Positions 59,660 through 64,000 of a stretch of 64,000 bases of DNA are shown one piece after another. Made by a program: the position numbers and the translations under genes. The notes beneath the pieces were generated by a model, which saw only the letters and a program-made list of their open reading frames with translations, ran no database searches and was not told the DNA's origin. Source of the DNA: Candidatus Uhrbacteria bacterium (GTDB lineage: Bacteria > Patescibacteriota > Patescibacteriia > UBA9934); contig CAWGHH010000004.1 of the NCBI GenBank assembly GCA_963822405.1, forward strand, positions 6,226 through 70,225, read 5' to 3'. Each line of letters opens with the position of its first letter. The stretch's first letter is position 1.

Positions 59660-60853
59660 TTATTCAATAATTTTTACAACCACACCAGCTCCAACCGTGC
59701 GACCGCCTTCGCGGATAGCAAAGCGGAACTTATCTTCCAATGCAACCGGGCTCATAAGCGTGACGATACAGTTAACAGTGTCTCCTGGCATAACCATTTC
59801 GGTTCCGGCTGGGAGCTCAATTTCACCTGTTACGTCTGTAGTACGGATATAGAACTGTGGCTTGTATCCCTTGAAGAACGGCTTATGACGGCCACCTTCT
59901 TCCTTTGTAAGAGCGTACATTTCCGCTTCAAACTTAGTGTGAGGGGTTACAGAAGCTGGCTTAGCGAGCACCTGTCCACGCTCTACATCTTCTTTCTTGA
60001 TACCGCGCAAAAGTACGCCAGCGTTATCTCCAGCCATGCCGGAATCAAGAGACTTGTTGAACATTTCGATACCGGTGACCACAGTCTTCTGAGTGTCACG
60101 CAGACCAACAAGCTCAACTTCGTCGCCAACCTTTACGATGCCACGGTCAATACGACCAGTGACAACCGTACCGCGTCCTTCGATAGAGAAGACGTCCTCA
60201 ATAGACATGAGGAATGGCTTTTCTGTATCACGAACTGGGTCAGGAACGTACTCGTCCAAAGCCTTAATAAGATCAAGGATTGGCTTAGCTGCTACATCAT
60301 CAGCTGGGTTCTCAAGAGCCTTAGAAGCAGAACCACGAATGATTGGCGTGGTGTCACCTGGGTACTTATACTTTGTCAAAAGATCACGAACTTCCTGTTC
60401 TACAAGGTCAAGAAGCTCTGGGTCATCAACAAGATCAACCTTGTTCAAGAAGACGATGATGGTAGGAACTCCAACCTGGCGAGCCAAAAGAATGTGTTCG
60501 CGGGTCTGAGGCATTGGACCATCAGCAGCGGAAACTACCAAAATTGCGGCGTCCATCTGAGCAGCACCGGTGATCATGTTCTTCACATAATCAGCGTGTC
60601 CTGGACAGTCAACGTGCGCGTAGTGACGCTTTGCTGAGGAATACTCAACGTGGCTAGTAGCGATGGTCACGATCTTGGACGCATCACGAACCGTACCGCC
60701 TTTAGCGATATCAGCATACGACTTAACTTTACCAAGGCCACGAGCCGCAGAAACAGCGGTCAATGCAGCGGTAGTAGTAGTCTTCCCGTGGTCAACGTGA
60801 CCAATGGTGCCGACGTTCAAGTGCGGCTTTTCACGATTGAATTGCTCTGCCAT
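59660..60853 (-). CDS. tuf: Elongation factor Tu
   Basis: [41 protein letters not shown]. Confidence 0.98.
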   Translation of the reverse strand: MAEQFNREKPHLNVGTIGHVDHGKTTTTAALTAVSAARGLGKVKSYADIAKGGTVRDASKIVTIATSHVEYSSAKRHYAHVDCPGHADYVKNMITGAAQMDAAILVVSAADGPMPQTREHILLARQVGVPTIIVFLNKVDLVDDPELLDLVEQEVRDLLTKYKYPGDTTPIIRGSASKALENPADDVAAKPILDLIKALDEYVPDPVRDTEKPFLMSIEDVFSIEGRGTVVTGRIDRGIVKVGDEVELVGLRDTQKTVVTGIEMFNKSLDSGMAGDNAGVLLRGIKKEDVERGQVLAKPASVTPHTKFEAEMYALTKEEGGRHKPFFKGYKPQFYIRTTDVTGEIELPAGTEMVMPGDTVNCIVTLMSPVALEDKFRFAIREGGRTVGAGVVVKIIE

Positions 60854-60995
60854 ACAGTATTTATGGAGCGTTTTTTCCCCGAGTAAGGAGAAAAGGCGCA
60901 AAGAATAATGAAAATACTAAGATTTAAATGCGCGAGGAGTGTAACAAAACCTATTGAAACGCGCAAGGGGCGAGGTGGACGAGGAAGTCCAATGT

Positions 60996-61469
60996 TTAAA
61001 CGGCCTCCAGATAGAACCGCTCCTCCCCCCCGTCATTTACCTGATTAATCTTACGAGTGATCGGTTTTCTTGGGGCCTCCTCAAAGGAAGGAGAGGTCTC
61101 ACTCTCGGCAGATATTTCTACCGGAATTACTCTTGGTTCCTCTTCTTGGACCATGGCTGCCATTACCTGTTTTTCCAAGGCAACCGGATCAAAGTCTTCG
61201 TCTGGATCAATTCGTGAGTCGGTTTCTACTGCGAATTTTTTAATATCTTCATAAGCTCTCTCTTCCTGGTTCTGACCACCCTTTTGACCCCATTCGCTTT
61301 TTTGGTCGTTTGGTTGACTGCGAAAAAAGGTCATTGAGTCTAGCATCCCCTCATATTCTGTTAACGGCAGAATAACCACCGGCTCCGCGCCATCGTTACT
61401 TGTAACGATAAGCCGGTCACCAGTCCTTTTAGCAAGCTTCAATAGACGGTCAAGTTGGGAATTCTGCAT
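60996..61469 (-). CDS. Hypothetical protein with acidic tail
   Basis: 157-aa ORF between fusA and tuf. Confidence 0.7.
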   Translation of the reverse strand: MQNSQLDRLLKLAKRTGDRLIVTSNDGAEPVVILPLTEYEGMLDSMTFFRSQPNDQKSEWGQKGGQNQEERAYEDIKKFAVETDSRIDPDEDFDPVALEKQVMAAMVQEEEPRVIPVEISAESETSPSFEEAPRKPITRKINQVNDGGEERFYLEAV

Positions 61470-61601
61470 ATGTCTGCATATTAGGGATGGTACGTTTGAA
61501 AGTCAAAAACATCGGTGGAAAGCCAAAAAGAAAATCCCGTCGAAGGCCGAAGCCAACGACGAGACAGGCGCACTCACGCGCAGACAACCAGCTCTCACTC
61601 G

Positions 61602-62024
61602 CTACAAATCCGAGAACTGATCGGCCTTCAGGCGCTCAAGCTCAGAACGAAGCGATTCTGGGCTAGCACCATATTTCACGGTTCCGTTCCGTTTGAGTTG
61701 CCGCTCGATTATCGAGCCATCCCAGCCAGAGGAGTGCATGACTACGTATGGCCGCTCGAGTCCAGCCGACAGTTTGGCTAGCCTGATCGCGATCTGACGA
61801 CCACTCGGAAAGGCCTCGGTATTCAACGTCATATCTAGAATGACGATGTCCGGATCGACCAACAGAATCTCGCCCGTAAGTTCCTCATCTCCTCGCGTAT
61901 CCTCGCCGAGCAACAGCATGAGTCGGATGTCTGAATCCGGAAACACGATGCGTGCCGTGGCCCGGGCCATCATAATCTTCACCCGATCATCATCAACGAT
62001 CACGACCACCCGCGGTTTTCCCAT
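61602..62024 (-). CDS. Stand-alone response-regulator receiver-like protein
   Basis: VVIVDDD, PDIVILDM, VVMHSS; GGAGG SD; promoter TTTACA-17-TAGAAT at 62053-62081. Confidence 0.7.
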   Translation of the reverse strand: MGKPRVVVIVDDDRVKIMMARATARIVFPDSDIRLMLLLGEDTRGDEELTGEILLVDPDIVILDMTLNTEAFPSGRQIAIRLAKLSAGLERPYVVMHSSGWDGSIIERQLKRNGTVKYGASPESLRSELERLKADQFSDL

Positions 62025-62080
62025 GATTTCCTCCAGAGAAATGGGACCACTGATTCTAGCAGAAAACCCCGTCTTTGTAA

Positions 62081-62111
62081 AGCAAAAGCACCCCGTGATG
62101 GGTGCTTTGCT
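62081..62111 (-). terminator. Terminator downstream of fusA
   Basis: AAAGCACCC/GGGTGCTTT stem. Confidence 0.6.
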
Positions 62112-62113
62112 AT

Positions 62114-64000
62114 CTATTTACCGGTTCTTTCTTTGATGATCGTCTCTGCGACGTTTCTTGGGACTTCCTGGTACTCGCCGAATTCCATGGAGGAGGAAGC
62201 GCGACCCTGAGTCAAAGAACGAAGGTTTGTAGCGTAGCCGAACATTTCAGCGAGCGGCACAAGAGCGCGGACAGTCTTCATGTTTCCACGATCGCCCATC
62301 TCCTGAATCTGACCGCGCTTTGAGTTCAAGTCTCCCACCACCGTACCCATGAAGTCTTCTGGTGTTACCACCTCAATCTTCATGATCGGTTCGAGCAAGA
62401 CTGGCTTTGCGTTCTTAATAGCTGCTTGGAAGGCCATTGAACCAGCCATTTTAAAAGCTGCTTCGTTAGAGTCAACATCATGGTACGAGCCGTCAAAGAC
62501 AGTCGCCTTAATGTTGATAAGTGGGAATCCTGCAAGCACACCACGGTCACAGGCCTCACGAGCGCCCTTACCGATTGGTGTGATGTACTCACGCGGGATA
62601 GCACCGCCTTTTACCTCATCTTCGAAGACAAAGTTCTCACCTTCTGGATCAACAAATGGTTCCACACGGAGCCAAGCGTGACCGTACTGACCACGACCAC
62701 CAGATTGCTTAATGTAACGTCCTTCGCCTTCAGCAGAAGAACGAATAGTCTCGCGGTAGCTAACCTGCGGTTTACCCACGTTCACTTCAACTGAATATTC
62801 ACGCTTCATACGATCCACCATGATCTCAAGATGAAGCTCGCCCATTCCGGCGATAATCGTTTGGTTAGAATCTGGATCAGTGTTCACATGGAAAGTAGGA
62901 TCCTCTTCCATGAGCTTACCAAGGGCCATGCCCATTCTTTCCTGGTCACCCTTTGTCTTTGGCTCAACTGCCTGAGAAATAACTGGTGCAGCAAAAGTAA
63001 TTGATTCAAGAACAATCGGATGATCCGGGTCACAAAGAGTCTGACCAGTAGCTGTACCCTTCAAACCGACCGCAGCAGCAATTTCTCCAGCGTACACCTG
63101 ATCAACTTCCTCACGGGAGTTTGCGTGCAAACGAACGATACGAGACAAACGCTCTTTTTCACCGGTAGACGAGTTCAAGATATATGAACCAGCCTTTACT
63201 GTTCCAGAATAAACACGGAAGAAAGCTAGCTTGCCCACGAATGGATCAGCGGCGATCTTAAAAGCTAAGGCAGCAAATGGAGCATCGTCCTTGGCTGGAC
63301 ACTCGATCAACTCCTCTGGATTATCCGGATTAAAACCAGAAATAGCTGGACGATCAAGTGGAGACGGCAAAAATTCGATGACTGCATCAAGCATCTGCTG
63401 AACGCCTTTATTCTTCAAAGATGAACCACAAATAACCGGAAATACTTTCATGGCGATAACACCCTTACGGAGGGCTGCCTTAAGTTCTGGTACAGAGATT
63501 TCCTCGCCAGCCAAATATCGCTCCATTAAAGTTTCGTCGTGCTCTACGCAAGCTTCGACCAACTGAGATCGGAACTTCTCAACGTTCGCAGAATATTCTT
63601 CTGGAACCGCGATCTCATCAATCTCTTTTCCGAGGTCATCCTTATAAACGTAGCCCTTGCGAGTAAAGAGGTCGATCAAGCCAACGAAGTTAGATTCCGT
63701 TCCCATTGGGAGCTGAATCGGATGAGCGTTAGTAGATAGACGAGCGTGAATACTCGCCAAGTCCTTATAGAAGTCAGCGCCGGTACGATCTAGTTTGTTG
63801 ATATAACAAACGCGTGGCACGCCGTATTTATCAGCCTGGTGCCAAACGGTTTCTGACTGTGGCTCAACACCAGCAACTCCGTCAAAAACAGTGACGCCAC
63901 CATCAAGCACACGAAGAGAACGCTCTACCTCAACGGTAAAGTCAACGTGCCCTGGGGTATCAATAATGTTAATGCGGTGATCCTTCCAGAAACAAGTAGT
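62114..64000 (-). CDS. fusA: Elongation factor G (5' end outside the window)
   Basis: IDTPGHVDF at the window edge, [37 protein letters not shown]. Confidence 0.98.
   Translation of the reverse strand, partial: TTCFWKDHRINIIDTPGHVDFTVEVERSLRVLDGGVTVFDGVAGVEPQSETVWHQADKYGVPRVCYINKLDRTGADFYKDLASIHARLSTNAHPIQLPMGTESNFVGLIDLFTRKGYVYKDDLGKEIDEIAVPEEYSANVEKFRSQLVEACVEHDETLMERYLAGEEISVPELKAALRKGVIAMKVFPVICGSSLKNKGVQQMLDAVIEFLPSPLDRPAISGFNPDNPEELIECPAKDDAPFAALAFKIAADPFVGKLAFFRVYSGTVKAGSYILNSSTGEKERLSRIVRLHANSREEVDQVYAGEIAAAVGLKGTATGQTLCDPDHPIVLESITFAAPVISQAVEPKTKGDQERMGMALGKLMEEDPTFHVNTDPDSNQTIIAGMGELHLEIMVDRMKREYSVEVNVGKPQVSYRETIRSSAEGEGRYIKQSGGRGQYGHAWLRVEPFVDPEGENFVFEDEVKGGAIPREYITPIGKGAREACDRGVLAGFPLINIKATVFDGSYHDVDSNEAAFKMAGSMAFQAAIKNAKPVLLEPIMKIEVVTPEDFMGTVVGDLNSKRGQIQEMGDRGNMKTVRALVPLAEMFGYATNLRSLTQGRASSSMEFGEYQEVPRNVAETIIKERTGK

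Noticed and set aside
59654-60637. 327-aa plus-strand ORF and similar shadow ORFs over parB, ftsA and r-protein genes
   Set aside because: Antisense to highly conserved genes, with no recognisable motifs.

Overview
Chromosomal segment of a Patescibacteria (CPR) bacterium, genetic code 11. The lineage call is an inference from the missing uL30 in the spc cluster, giant pilin-anchored Cys-rich/Ig proteins and SD-less housekeeping genes. Core content: nrdR-ftsZ-ftsA, dgkA-ybeY, a ~14 kb pilin/adhesin cluster, hflX, yqeY, rpsU, hisS, lepB, LCP, der, pth, dprA, topA, rel, parAB, three tRNAs, scpAB, aspS, recO, ruvX, map, adk, secY, the spc/S10 ribosomal protein clusters, tuf and fusA. Main accessory signals: (1) a complete diversity-generating retroelement between secY and adk, with a 126-bp TR/VR pair showing 12/12 mismatches at TR adenines, avd inverted and overlapping the RT start, and RT split at a G10 tract; (2) a family of intergenic palindromes with a near-invariant 19-nt loop and unrelated 29-34 bp arms, whose loop reads like the 16S anti-SD tail in the mRNA sense; (3) an ultra-short T-box riboswitch (GAC specifier, UGGC bulge) upstream of aspS; (4) several solo orphan genes with their own promoter and strong SD. 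Several essential genes carry single-base disruptions, so assembly errors are likely and every frameshift needs read-level checking.
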